Source: Octopus bimaculoides (Eukaryota). Taken from it: a stretch of 64,000 nucleotides of DNA. Below are positions 13,831 through 27,189 of this stretch, piece by piece (position 1 is the stretch's first letter; each line of letters opens with the position of its first letter). The DNA lies in NCBI RefSeq assembly GCF_001194135.2, contig NC_068994.1, positions 20,921,569 to 20,985,568 on the forward strand, written 5' to 3'. Under the pieces are notes generated by a model that worked only from the letters and a program-made list of their open reading frames with translations, was not told the DNA's origin and searched no databases. The translations under genes and the position numbers were made by a program.

Positions 13831-14280
13831 CAGATATCACTCTCCTTCTGACAATGTCCAAAGAACGGACAGCTACACCTAGAGACTAAAATATTGTTAA
13901 AACAGAGGACATAGAAGTCAGGAAGTACCAGAATTGGAAGTGAAAAGAATCGATAGAGCCTCAAAAGTGAGTGTAGAACTTATTCTGATCAGCACACTTG
14001 AAACCATCTCAAAAGGAGCAATATTCTGACAACAAAAGCTGTAAATGCCAAACTTCTTAGGAAGTTTTCAGATGGCAGCAATATTTGGAACAGATCATGT
14101 GTTGCGGAAAGCACTTCAGGATGGAGCTTAGAAGTGACATAGCCATACATAAATCAGTTAACTGAATAACAATAATAGGGTATTGAAAGCTAGTGGATAC
14201 CTAAGGTTACAGGTAATAACCAGCTACCCACATAAATCTTACTAGGAATAAGACCAAACCTGAGTCAAATCAGAAATAAT
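13830..14280 (+). mobile_element. R4/Dong-clade LINE 3' fragment (restriction-like endonuclease C-terminus)
   Basis: Frameshifted translation PDITL...RKYQ/LEVKRIDRASKV...TISKG...AIFGTDHVLRKAL, followed by a 3' UTR. Confidence 0.7.
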
Positions 14281-14741
14281 ATACACATATATACAGATAA
14301 ACTAATAAACACACATACATGTTATCAATAAGTAAATCAGTGGTGAATTAGCCTTTATTAGAGCATTGGCTGAAATGCATTGAGGTATTTATCCTGGTAT
14401 CTTGTGTTACAAGTTTAAAACTCACTGAAGCCAACTTTACCTTTCGTCTTTTCATGGTTAAGAAATTAAGTACCAGTGTAGGGCAATAAACTTAAGAAAT
14501 ATTAGAGCATTGGATGGGATGCCTTGCAATATTTGTTCCAGCTCATTGAGTTCTTCATTCAAATTTCATTATACCAACTTGGCTTTTAGAGGATTCTTTC
14601 CTCCTTCTCCTTCACCAATTTTGAAGGTTTTCTAAAAGGTCATAGGCACTGTCCTTCCTTCTGTGGTTAAGAAGCTTGCTTCCCAACTAGGTAGTCTTGG
14701 ATTCAGTCTCACTGTACAGAATTTATTATTATTGATATTAA

Positions 14742-14969
14742 GGCAGCAAACTGGCAGAATTGTTAGCATGCCGGGCAAAATGCTTCGGTGGCATTTTGTC
14801 CATCTTTACATTCTGAGTTCAAATTCCACCAAGGTCAACTGTACCTTTCATTCTTTCTGGGTAGATAAATTAAGTACCAGTGAAACACTGGGGTCAGTGT
14901 AATGGACTGATTCCCTCCCCACAAATTTCAGGCCTTGTGCCTTCAGTAGAAACGATTATTATTATTATT
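14742..14969 (+). mobile_element. tRNA-derived SINE, family B
   Basis: Head ggcagcaaactggcagaattgttagc, B box gagttcaaattcc, family core and (ATT)n tail. Degenerate partial copies lie at ~14340-14590. Confidence 0.9.
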
Positions 14970-15419
14970 TGTTTTCTTCACATTTTTTTCCATTTTTCTC
15001 TTCTTTACTGATTTTTTTAAGGTTTTTTCTTTTTTGTTTTATATTCACCTCCATTCATGTGTCATCTCACTTCCTTCACACCTCTCCTTATCCTTTCTAT
15101 CTCTCTATCTTTTCCCCTTTGCATATGTTCTGCCCTTTCCACTGCTCTCCTCCTGTTTCTCTGTTTCTTTCATTCAATTATTTTTCTCTTTTCTATTCTC
15201 TGCTTTATTATTGATCTTCTTCGGTTGAAATCGTTCCAATCAGTAAGGCAGGCTATTGTGTGCCTGCTTAGCATTTGCTTCTCTTTGAAGCACTTGTGTG
15301 TGTGTGTGTGTGTGTAAGATATGCATTGTTTCACACCCTCTCTCTCACACACATGAGAGAGGGAGAGAGAGAGAGAGAGTGCATGCATAATTTCTCTAAA
15401 ATGGTATATCATAGGAAAT

Positions 15420-16101
15420 AACTGTTTCTATCTGTTACATGGCCTCGCTCTCAGTTCTGTTTCTGCATTGACTGCAGCTAATAATCCTCTCTCTCTCCCC
15501 AACTCCTTCCTCTCTTTTCTCCTTTCCTGTTCATTCTCCCTCTCCCTTTCCTCTTCCTTCTACTGCTGCTGTCGGTTACATTTTCTCTTTGACAGTGATT
15601 CCACTGGGCAGTGTGAGAAGGACCCCCAGTGTCCGGCACATCAGCCCGCTGCTGCTGTGTCACTTCTTTTCCTTTCCTCTCTCCTTTCTTTGTTGCCATC
15701 ACATGAAGATCAAAGACTGATTGATTTCATCGAATGACAACAGTGACAGTGTGTTGACAGTGGGAGTTTAGCCACGTCGAATCTTCCTGCTTTTGTTTTA
15801 TGCAAGGTGAAAGAACAACAAAGACAGTAATTACAACAACAATATTACAAAAGAGAAAAACAAAACTCTCTCTTCTTTATTCAAAAAGAAAAAAAGCAAA
15901 TCAAAAAACAACGAAGCCAAGAAATTAACACCTTGAAATTGTTTTTCGGTCTAAAAGTCTTTCTTTTTTGTTCCACTCATCCATATTTGAAGTAGATTGT
16001 TAATCCGGAAGCTGAGTGACTGACATAAATGACTTACTGATAGAAGCCCTTTCCTTTCCTTGTTTGGACTTTAATCACTCATCTGTGTCCATTTTGCTGG
16101 T
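15420..16101 (+). promoter_or_regulatory. Putative promoter / 5' UTR of the host gene
   Basis: CpGs are locally retained. CT-rich tracts are followed by an A-rich leader directly upstream of the candidate ATG exon, with no TE homology. Confidence 0.45.
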
Positions 16102-16133
16102 ATGACTTCGATCTTCCTCCCACAGCAGTGCAG
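16102..16133 (+). CDS. Candidate first coding exon of the host gene (MTSIFLPQQC + AG, phase 2)
   Basis: ATG at 16102 follows a CT-rich then A-rich leader. The donor is GCAG|gtagga. The phase-2 end matches the phase-2 start of the exon at 42253 (AG+G = Arg). Inferred only; intervening exons cannot be excluded. Confidence 0.45.
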
Positions 16134-18201
16134 GTAGGAGCTAATCCTCATCATCAACCTTGGGTGCTTCTTAAAAATTATTTTGTTGCGTATTATATAA
16201 GTGTCGTGTGTGTGTGTGTGCATTGACAATTCAAGTTCAGTGTCTCTGTCTCTCTCTCTCTCTCATTTTACCTTTGTTGGTTGTGGATGCAGCAAGAGAT
16301 AAATACAAAAAATAGAAAGAAATGTATGTTTATATATTTGTATGGATTTTTGGTTGAAGATGCGAGTGTACATTCATCACTATGTACACCCTTCTGTGTC
16401 TCTTTGTGTGGGGGCAAGTGAATATGGTTGTAGCTTTATTGTTTCGTGTGTTAAATATACCACAGTGTCATTTGTGTGTGTGTGAGAGAGAGAGAGAAAG
16501 AGATTATAATTTATGTTTGTGTGCTGTCTTATCTTTCTGAGCATATGTATAGATCTGCTATTTCATAATTTATATCACCATATTCATATGTTGTATAACC
16601 CCTACCTCTCACATTTTGTCTACACCATTTAATATTGTTCACACCCTGGTAGTGCCCAGCAACTAAGTCTGCGACTGATTTTTTTTTTTAATTCTTTGTA
16701 TGTTCTAAAAATTTTAACATAGTCTGAAATGAAAATATTTTCTTCCTACCTTCATACTGATATAGCTGAGAGTGGGGTTCTTACCTGTTCATTACCTAGT
16801 AAATTCTCACCTGCATAGAATACCTTTCTATGATTAATATTTGCTTGTAGAAGATAGTGTTAGTTACTCTTTTAACATTGATTTAGCTGTAACAAATGCA
16901 TAGAGAAAATATAAATACATTTCGAGTGTATACACATTCATACTTCTGAAAACACATATACACATGCCCAAACATGCATAACGATACACATCATGTATAA
17001 AGCTAGTATAAGTTAATTAATAAAGACCAACATGAAATTTGTGGGATCTATGACGTAAGTGTGAGTAGATCCTCAAATGTTACATTGGAGTAACTATTGT
17101 TTCTGTTATCACTTGATATTCTTTTTTTATTTGTTATAACTCTCATTACTGAGTCACTATTGTTGTTGTCATTGTTGTCATTAATAATGTCTGCAGTTTT
17201 CCAGCTTACAATGTATCTATAATTACTACAGAATTAGTGTTGTGACTCTTACAGTATGCCTCTTTGGGCAGACATATCTACTGCTTAGTTCTGCTTTCCC
17301 AATGACATAATATGATTAAGCTCACTATTTGATGCTGGAATGTGAGTAATCTATAAGGAGCAATCTAATTATATGTCAAGTTTTATATTATCATTTCTGG
17401 TCAACATTGTTAATAAAGTGTACTGTCCATCATGAGAACTTGTGTCTGCTTCAGTTTTCCTATTCATGCTTCCTTTATCCCCTATTATGCTTACTTTCTC
17501 TACCTTTCTCTCCACTCCCCATTTCTCATTTTTCTCTTTCCATTTCAAATCTAATTATGATTTGGTGATTTCACTATTTTTTTTTATATATATAATACAA
17601 CACCTTTATTCAGATATTAGATGTTTCTTTTGATTTCATTTGAATCCAAATCTATTATTTGTCAGTTCTGCTCTTGTTAATTTTTTATCTTTCCTCAAAC
17701 ACTAGTTTTCATTTTGTTTTTCTTTATATTATGTATGTGTGCATTTGCTCAAATCATCTTTTTCAGACTTAATAAAAGTACCTGACATTTATTAATTTTT
17801 TATATTTCTAGTTCTTTTATTCCTCTCCATTTTCCAGTTTCCATTCTGCTAACTCATTCAATAATTTTTGTTCTTCACTATTCTGATGAATAATGTCATC
17901 ATTACTGAATTTGTTTTCCTTTCTTCTGAAAGTGATTATTGCTTATTTGGCTGTAAGAAACTCATAGATGTATGTTAACAGTTTATGATTTGACGCTGGC
18001 TAATTTTTATGGTCAAGTTATTTGAGTGAATATTTCATAAAACTCTATTCAAGCAACCTAGCAAGAGTTATCTAAATTCAGTACTTAGAATTGGAAATTC
18101 ATTCATACTATATGCATTATGTATGTTCTTTGAATAGAATATCTTTATATAGATTATATTCATTTATTCCTCTCTTCCCCACCTTTCTTCTCTCTCACTC
18201 A

Positions 18202-18220
18202 CTCTCTCTCTCTCTCTCTC

Positions 18221-18278
<58 letters not shown>
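18202..18278. repeat. Self-complementary compound microsatellite (CT)n-(AT)n-(GA)n
   Basis: Read directly from the sequence. Confidence 0.95.
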
Positions 18279-18285
<7 letters not shown>

Positions 18286-20069
18286 TTGTACATGTAATAG
18301 TAGAAAAAAATAATCAATTATTTTTACATAGCCATTATGTATTCCTTCAAAAATGGACGTTATATTATTTCAAAATTAAAAGCATTCTAAAAAGAAATCT
18401 AATAATAGTATCATTAACATGGTGAATTTAGAGATTCCATGGGCAGAAGCTTATAAACCAGTCCAGTGGTTCAATAAACTGTGCATTGCAGCATATTTTG
18501 TCTCCGTGAACATTGATTTTATAATTACGAAGTATCTAAAAATTATGCTTTATAAATTAGGAAAATATAAAATAATTGTTGTTGGGAAAGGTCAAAAATA
18601 AATTTGTTTGAAATGGCAGTAGAGAAACATTGACTATGTATGATATTATATAATAATAGATGTTGAATTTTTATGAAAATAGTTTACTCACTTTTTTAAG
18701 CACACTATCTCATATTTGTTTTATTTCTATTTTTACACCAATGTTAGAATATCCAAATATTTTGTGTCTCTATATTTTGTTTGCAAAATTTGCCAAGACT
18801 CTCCAACTGTGCAATCATTACATGAAGTCTTTTTTTTTTCTTTTTCTTCTGTGTTTGCTTGTTTTCTATTCTAAATTTAAATGAGAACATCCTGTAGAAA
18901 CATGACATTTCAGTTTCTTCTAACATTTCCTTTTAACATTTTGTTGTCTTCTTCCTTTTTTATTCTCGAACCTTCTGTGTGATTCAACAAATATTAGACA
19001 TCTATAATAAATGGTAACCACACAACAATGACGTGAGAGTTGTATGTACTTTACTACCAGGTGCAAAGCTATGTATTGTACTTAATGGTACAAAATATTA
19101 GTGGTTGTATTTGAACACAGTATCACTTAGAACTTATACTTCATTATGTCTAATAACACTTGTCAAGGCTACAACTTTTACTTTAGTCAGATTTTGCCAA
19201 TTTGAAGAGATTTAATTCTATAATTTTCTCATTTCTTTGTTCTATGTTGCTTTTAATTGCCCTAAATAAACTTGGGGTGGGGTGGGGGTCAATCTTGGTC
19301 AGTTTCATAATAAGTTAAGAAGTTCACTTCATAACCACTGCAAGGTATCTTGGGCTGGTGTCATTTACCATAGCCTCCAATTAACCTAAGCTTTATGAAT
19401 GAAATAAGGTAAACAGAAACTGTTTGGATATCCATCAGTTGGATTGTATTGTATCTGCAATTCAAAAGTTCAGCCTTGCTGAATTCCACCTGAGAATTGC
19501 CTTATGCGTACATGTGTCTGTAGAATATTGAGGTATATATTGGCCATTAGTCAATTAACTAATTCTGACATTGAACATTGTGATGACTGATATAACTATA
19601 GTTTTGTGAGTTTACTGTCTGTGAGGATAACTCTGCTAGTATTTACTCTAGAGGATTGTTTTGATATTTGATAGTCTGTCTATGTGACTGCCGTAGTTAT
19701 ATCTAGTAATCATTTCTTACACGTCATAACATTTTCCTTGTATTAGGAAACAGAAATTGGTCAAGTGTAGCATTTGTTACTAGATTTGGAGGTTAGTGGT
19801 TGGGAAAATACTTGAACAGAAAAGGACTTGCAGAGCAGTGCAACTTTTGAGAAAAAACTTCAAAAAAAAATTTACAAATGTTTAACAGAGAAATAGTAGG
19901 AAATAGAAAGTTTGATACAGTGAGTAGACTTTGTACTAGAACTGAAAAAAACCTAATGAGGCAGGCTTTTATAGAAACAGAAGGAAAAGGTGAGATTCTG
20001 GTTAGTGTAGAAAATATAGCTTAATGTATGACACTTTTTATTACTGTTATTTTCTTGCTATCTTTTTTA

Positions 20070-20398
20070 TTTTTAACTTGTTTCAGTCATTAAACTGCCG
20101 CCATACTGGGACACTGCCTTGAAGGGTTTTAGTCAAACAAATCGACCCCAGGATTTATTCTGTAAAGCCTGGTACTCATGCTCTCAGTTTCTTTTGCTGA
20201 ACTGCTAAGTTACAGGGACATAAACACACCAGCACTGGTTGTCAAGCAGTGGTGAGGGACATACAGACAAATCCACTCACAAGGCTTTGGTCAACCTGAG
20301 TCTATAGTAAAAGGCACTTGCCCAAGGTGCTACACAATGAGACTGAACTCAGAATCATGTGGTTGGGAAGCAAGCTTCTCACCACACAGCCACGCCTC
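20070..20398 (-). mobile_element. tRNA-derived SINE, family A
   Basis: Reverse complement of family A with a central deletion. Confidence 0.88.
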
Positions 20399-22128
20399 AT
20401 TTTTTTAAACCTATAAAAATAGGCTTACATCCCAATTTATTTATATATGATATAATTAACAAAAGTCATTCTGAAAATATTTTTCATCAAGTAGTGTGAT
20501 GCTTGACAAATGATAGCACTGGTCTACACTCATATGTTCAATTCCAAAGTTATTAGTATAGCATGAGCCTGGCCCATTCTAACTGAAAATAATTATTTCC
20601 AATAACCTGGGATACTATCAAAGAGTTGTTTCTTATTTTCTATGGATTGATCCAGCCATAAAGCTGCAAGTTAACAAAACACTTGTCAATCATATATTAC
20701 CTATATTCTTAATATTCACTTATTCTATTTCAGTCTTTAAGTATTTTTTTAAACATATAGAAACTAGAGTTCTACATATATGTTAGAAATTTATGTTGAT
20801 CACCGCTAAGAGCAGCAGTGTTTACAGATATTTTAAATCTGGAATAACAAAAGATTGTACTACATATATATACAATACAATTAGTATAACTTACTATACA
20901 AAATGAGGGAGCCTCTACTTGGTCACTCAGCTTGCTCAGAATAGCAAACAAGTCTCCTTCAAACCATACCCTGCCATCTTAAAAAGAAAGGACACAAAAA
21001 CAATTTCCCATACAAACATCTCTCTTACAACTACTTTCCATATGTTTCCTTAACTATATTCTTTTCTTGTATCTCTTTAGTTCTCCATTTACTATTTTCT
21101 GTCACTTAGAGTTGACTTTCTATATCTTATAAAGACGACCATAGCCTGTTTCTTGTTACAATTGTTCTTGAAGTACACTTTGAAATATTATAAACTGTTT
21201 TGTATGATCTCAGATCTGGAGTTAGTAATATGAATGCTGGAAAGTTTGGAACCTTCATACTTTATAATGTTCAGATGTAGTAAAGCATGGTTTCTCAAGG
21301 GATTGAAACTTCATCATCAGCTTTAATTTAACTTTCCATTTTGGAATGAAATGACAGCAGCTTTCTATGGTTCAATCTTGACATTGTATTTCATAAAACT
21401 GAGTTAGAATCTTTATAGTTGAATACTACTATTCCTACTCCTATTACTAGCTTTCAGGGAGAGTGGGCAAGCCAGTCTGGCTTATAATCACACCAGTAAT
21501 AAAATAATTCAAAGTTTGAAGACTTCTCATGCCTTGTGTTTGAATAACAGCCCGTGGATTTATTTTATCTCAGAAGTCAATGTTATATATATTACTTCAT
21601 TATGTCTCTCACTCCCTACTCACATATAAAAAAGCAATTTTGTGAAATTGTTACTTAACTAGCTTGATCAGTCAACCATATATTGATTTATAGCCAATAA
21701 AGTTTTCCCTCTTGACTTTTTTTTATTACTTCTGCTCTATAATCCCTGCTACAGCTGTTATACTACAAACCCAACATAAACATGCTATTGTTAGCATAGC
21801 TTTCAGTGTTTTTTTTTTGTTTTGTTTTTTTTTTGTTTTTTTTGTTTTTTTGTAATACAAATCTGTTCAGAAACAGTTTTCCAAAACTATTCCATACAGA
21901 GATGGTTTCCAAGAAACTTTTTTTTCCAAAATAATCGGCATCTGTTAAATAATCTTTATTACACTACTGTTGTATATTGTTAAGTTTTCTTCACTGGAAA
22001 AATTATTGAAATTACTTGTTGTGATAACTTTGTGTTGAATATACAATGTTGCAGTGGGATAATAGTAATTTATTTTAATTATAAGAGGACATGTGAAGGC
22101 TTGAAAGAAATGTATTTAGTATACTCCC

Positions 22129-22358
22129 CTGGATGTGCAATGTCAGTGGGCTTATACGAAAGAGTGTCTTAAGAGAAAAATTGGGTATAAGAGGCATCAA
22201 ATGTAGTGTGCAAAAGAGAAGACTGCACTAGTATGGTCGTGTGATGTGTATGGACAAGGACAGCTACGTAAAGAAGTGCTTATCTCTAACTGTGGAGGGA
22301 ACCTGTGGAAGAAGTAGACCCAGGAAGACATGGGACAAAGTGGTGAAATATGATCTTT
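22129..22358 (+). mobile_element. RTE LINE C-terminal fragment
   Basis: Translates as WMCNVS...LREKLGIRGIKCSVQKRRLH*YGRV...GTCGRSRPRKTWDKVVKYDL. Same family as 4630-4850. Confidence 0.85.
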
Positions 22359-23199
22359 AGTTGTTGAATCTCACGGCCGTAATTTCACTATTGATTCTGA
22401 GCATAATAAATTATGCAAGTAGAAAAATTATTTTAAATTGTTAATATATGAAAATACAGTTGTCAATGGATTACTAGAGGTGGTCTAAAAATGTAGTATA
22501 CATGAGTTTGTTATGAACTGATTACACAACCATAGATGCCACCCCTATGTCTGCATTGCAGTTACTTTTGATAGAGTTTGCTGATCCTGACTGTTGATCT
22601 TCTAGGATTCCTCTGCTCAGCATCAATATAAGAAACACTGTTGGCTCAATTGAGCTCTTCCACTACCTCTTCACAATCTACTATGTTGCAGTCCCATGAT
22701 TTGGCTATATCCCTGGCAGGGTGGTTGAACAGGTGTCATGCCTTGCCAAAGGGCAGCCTTAATTATGCAGGGCATGGTCATCACTTCATGGGGTATTTTC
22801 AGAATACCTGCATACCCTCTCATTCTTAAGAGAATTAATTTGGTTTATTGCTTCTCTGGATCCTATAAGAAGCAACCGTCATTAAACTTACTTGCTGGAT
22901 TCCCACATAACCTAGTTTGTGGTTCACTATGCAACCATCTTTCCTTTAGCTTTCTAATCTTACGTCTGTGGTATTGGGGCTGTGACCTCTCAATGCAGAG
23001 AAGTAATGTGATCTCAAATTAAAATAATTTGATGATCATTCATTGAAATTAATGGAAAATTTGATGCATTAGTGGAAATTGAAGATTGAATAGGTGTTGT
23101 GTTATTGGTGCTGAATAATTTGTCAGCATGGATGGAAGTGATGAATGTTGATAATTCTAGAATATTTTGGGAGATTAAGATGTTTTAAAGGGAATTATC

Positions 23200-25070
23200 T
23201 GGCCATGTTATTTTGAGGTAAGACCATCATCAGTGCACATTAAATCAGTAATCACTACAAAACTGAAGAAACTCTAGAATAAAGATATTTTAGAAAAGAT
23301 TGCTCCTGAAAGGAGTACATGGGCCTCTTTTTTGTTAGTTATATGAAAGTAGATAGAGATCTTAAGACATGTGCAAATGAAGGAATTTTTTGAGATTCTA
23401 ATCCAATTCCTGTTAATAAATTGTTATTTCATTCTCTTTCTAGTGTTAAATTATTTTGCTAAATTAGATTTAAAAAGAGCCTGTGATCAGACAAAATATG
23501 TTCTGAAACAAGATAAGTTACAACATTAAGTACACTAGAGTTGTATTGAAAGTCAACATATCAAGGTAGATAAAAATCATAAAAGATTGGAATCATTTAT
23601 CAGACATGGTGTTCAATCAAAAAACAAAAAAGACAATTCACCCATCTCTGAAGACTGATGACTTGTCTGTTTTTTTTACCGGATATAGACTGACAAAGGA
23701 GTAGATATTATCACTAGATCAGTGTTAAATAGTGAGAATTCTAAATGAAGAACCACCAAAAGATGGACTTATATCTATAGGATATGTACGATTATTTAGA
23801 CTGTAATTGTCACATGCATCACTTTGTAAATGTGGTGTCCCATGTTCATCTAGTCCAACAATTTTATGATATATAACTAATGTTAACATTAAATCCAGTG
23901 GTCCAGATTTATGATGTCAACAAAAGAGTTTGCCTCAACTACTGATGCAGGTGAAAAAGTGTATCAGGAATACTTCCACAAGACTGCCATCCTGTACTAT
24001 ATTTACCAACAGCATTGATCACAGCTAAAACAAGAAACTTGAATTTGAAATGGTAATTGTATGGCGTACACAAAGAGCTTGGCATTTTCTGCTTGGCTGA
24101 AAATTTAAATTGGTCTCAAAAATTATGGTTTACCAAAAGTAACATCTCTATGTATTATACGATGAGCCTGAAAATGACAGCATTTGGTTATATGCAAAGG
24201 GATATGAAATATCCTGTATTGGATATACACTCAGTTGGAATTTATTATGTTAATTTTCTATTTCATTAACCTGTTAGAAACTAATGTTATAAAACATGAA
24301 ATTTAAGATTAGAGATTAACAATTTTCTATTATCTCATATATTAAAAAAGCATTCTTAATTGGAACAGGTGCTCTGTTGTTTGAAAAGCCATTTAAGTCA
24401 TTGAAAATGATATAACAGTTGGAGATATCTTACAAAATGTAGAATTGTTAAGAAAATTGGTGATAAAAATTGTGCATAATAATGTACATGGTCATCAGGT
24501 CTCTATGAAGATATGGGATTAATGTAAGAAGGTATTTGCTATCTACTAGAGTAAAACTGGAGTTACCACACAGTGCAACCATAGACTTGAGAAATTGAAC
24601 ATGGTTATGTGGATATGTATGTCTATAGATCAGATTGTGCTTATGTCAAGTGATTCATACTCTCGGTGGCCAGAAGTAAGAAGAGTTATGAATAAAGTAG
24701 AAACAGTTAAGATTTATGTTTTCCTGAACTAGTGTTCCAGAAACATTTGTGTCTGACAATGCCTTTAACTTCATGATAACGGCTCATGCTGATGGTTTAA
24801 TAATACCAGAAGTAAACATGTGATAACTTCCATTTTATTCAAGATAGCTAAATGAATAGCTGACAGAAGCACGTTCTGCTAATATATATTTCAATCACAT
24901 ACTTTTGAGTTATCAGTCAGTTTTTCTCTCAGTATGACTCATTCATTTTCTTTGATGGACAGAAAAATACAACCATCATCTACAGTATCTTCTGAAACTA
25001 CAGCTTCAGTTTGGCACTGATGCTGAAGAAATGATGAATCACAAGCTAAATTTATTTATATCTGAAGCAG
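23200..25070 (+). mobile_element. Highly decayed Ty3/Gypsy pol (RT - RNase H - integrase order)
   Basis: Motif remnants in order: TWAS..., FAKLDLKRA (RT); TTDAG..., VWRTQRAWHFLLG*KFKLV (RNase H); DSYSRWPEV, VPETFVSDNAFNF (integrase). No LTRs recognised. Confidence 0.75.
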
Positions 25071-25095
25071 GTATAAATATAATTATACTTCTTAA

Positions 25096-25315
25096 CCCTT
25101 TAGCATTTAAACCAACTGTATCCAGCCTAAATATTCTACCTGTTCTATCTTCAAACTGACCAAATCCAGCCTCTCACACCTACTCTGCAATGTCATCCTA
25201 AAAATAAACAATCATAACTTTGAAATCTCAAAGATACAAAATCATACATGATTAACTGTAAAGAATGTGAATAAATAAGCATTACATTTGACAAAGTAAT
25301 CAGAATGTTAAAGGG
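25096..25315. mobile_element. piggyBac-type MITE, family 1
   Basis: TTAA|CCCTTTAGCATT ... AATGTTAAAGGG|TTAA, 220 bp. Confidence 0.85.
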
Positions 25316-25529
25316 TTAAAGATGTATACAAATCAAATTAATAATATTTTGATAGGGAATAAAAGGCAAAATCAATCTCTTAAACTTAATGCTATTTCAA
25401 ATTCTCTTGGAGTGTCATTTGTCAAATGATACAGAAACAAACATTGTAAACAATGCTAAAAACAGTTCATGAATAATGAAAGAAAATAGTTTCCAGGGTG
25501 TGTGGTACCATGTTATGCTGTGTTCAGAT

Positions 25530-25655
25530 GTTACCAAAGTTGACTTTGCCTTGCCTCCTTTTGAAGTCGATAAAATAAGTACCAGTTGAGCATTGGGTGG
25601 GGTGGGGGGGTCAATGTAACAAGGCCTGAGCCTTGTGCCTATAGTTGAAAATAAA
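25530..25655 (+). mobile_element. SINE family B, 3' part
   Basis: gttgactttgcc...gtcgataaaataagtaccagttgagc...ccttgtgcctatag. Confidence 0.75.
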
Positions 25656-25989
25656 ATATTGTCGCATTGCATGCATTTTACATGCTTACACATGATCAAG
25701 ACTATGTGAGGGGACAACCATTTTGATGTCAGAAGGCTTGGATAAAGCTTCTGGATATAAAGGATCAGATGTGACAATGACTTTACTTGGAAAAGTTCCA
25801 GTACCACACTGCAATGAATCAAATTTGGCTGCAGTTATGGGATGAGGAAGGAATTAAGAATTCATCAGGTGCATAATGGGAAGAGAGACTTCTATTTCTT
25901 TCTTCATTGAGATGGCTTGTCTATTTAATAATAGCTCATGTGTATTTATTCTGACACATTAACATATGAATTTATTTACATGCAGATGC

Positions 25990-26265
25990 ATATCATCATT
26001 TAGTGTCTGCTTTCCATGCTGGCATGGGTTGGACAGTTTGACTGGAACTGGTAAGAGAGTTGCACCAAGTTCCAATCTGATTTTGACATGGTTTCTACTG
26101 CTGGATGCCCTTCCTAACAGCAACCACTCCAAGAGTGTAATGGATGCTTTTTACAAGTCACCAGCATGGGTGCCAGTTGCATGATACCGGCATCAGCCAT
26201 GACTACAATTTCACTTGGCTTGATGAGTCTTCTCAAGCACATCACCAAAGGTCTTAATCACTTAT
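25990..26265 (-). mobile_element. RTE LINE 3' UTR fragment
   Basis: Homologous to 3956-4130 (ggacagtttgactg, ggatgcccttcctaac) with a (CAT)n tail. Confidence 0.85.
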
Positions 26266-26540
26266 GCCAACACCTCTATGTATTTACCACATTCATATCT
26301 AACAGTCATACACAACCACCTACCTATATATGAGCAGTTCCTCAACATGATAGAAATAACAGCCAGATATCCCTCAGATCATATTCTATCACCAAGAATG
26401 ATACATTGGATAACCTAGTCCTAGATACTGTATGTATGGGGGAAAAAAGGACAAAATAATCATGGCTGGAACACCTTTATCATAAGTCTGCTGCTAAATT
26501 TCAATAATAAGAACCAACATGTATACACTTTCTCATACAT

Positions 26541-26666
26541 ATATGACTTTGCCTTTCATCCTTTCGGGGTCAATAAAATAAGTACCAGTTGAACAATGGG
26601 GTTGATGTAATCAACTTAAACCCTTCCCCTGAAATTGCTGCCCATGTGCCAAAATTATTATTATTA
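26541..26666 (+). mobile_element. SINE family B, 3' part with (ATT)n tail
   Basis: gactttgcctttcatcctttcggggtcaataaaataagtaccagtt. Confidence 0.8.
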
Positions 26667-27184
26667 CTGTTGGAAAAGGAAATTTCCTAACATTAGGATA
26701 CAACAAATAACCTTAGATGCCAAGAACCCTCCTAAGTATCCTTGCTATCCCTAATAACCCTGTTTTCTGAAGCTGTACTAAACTGGGTTTTATGCCTATT
26801 TTTCCTATCCATCTGTTCAAATCTTTAGAAACAGTTCCTAATACACCTATAACTACAGAGATACACTTTACCTGCAATTTCCATAGTCCCTGTAACTCAA
26901 TGGCTAGGTCCTGGTACTTTGCTATTTTCTCTATACCTCTCATATTGACTTTCTCATCATCAATTAGCTGGCACTTTCTATTCTCTTTATCTACAACTAT
27001 TAAATCAGGCCTTCTAGCTTCTATTACTCTGTCCATCTGAATGTTAAAGTCCCACATCTTATATTTCTTACTTTCTTGTGCTTTACTAGGTTTATGTTCA
27101 TACCATTTACCAGTATGGTCAAATTCTAGCTTTCTATGTAACTCCTGGTGGATTACTCCCCTTAGGTTGTCATGTCTTTTCTTG
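26667..27184 (-). mobile_element. 5'-truncated R4/Dong-clade LINE (RLE domain and 3' UTR)
   Basis: RKRHDNLRGVIHQELH...KWYEHKP...WDFNIQMDRVIEARRPDLIVVDK...KIAKYQDLAIE...VIGVLG...ILRRVLGI*, then a short UTR and (AAT)n tail. Confidence 0.92.
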
Positions 27185-27189
27185 TATTA

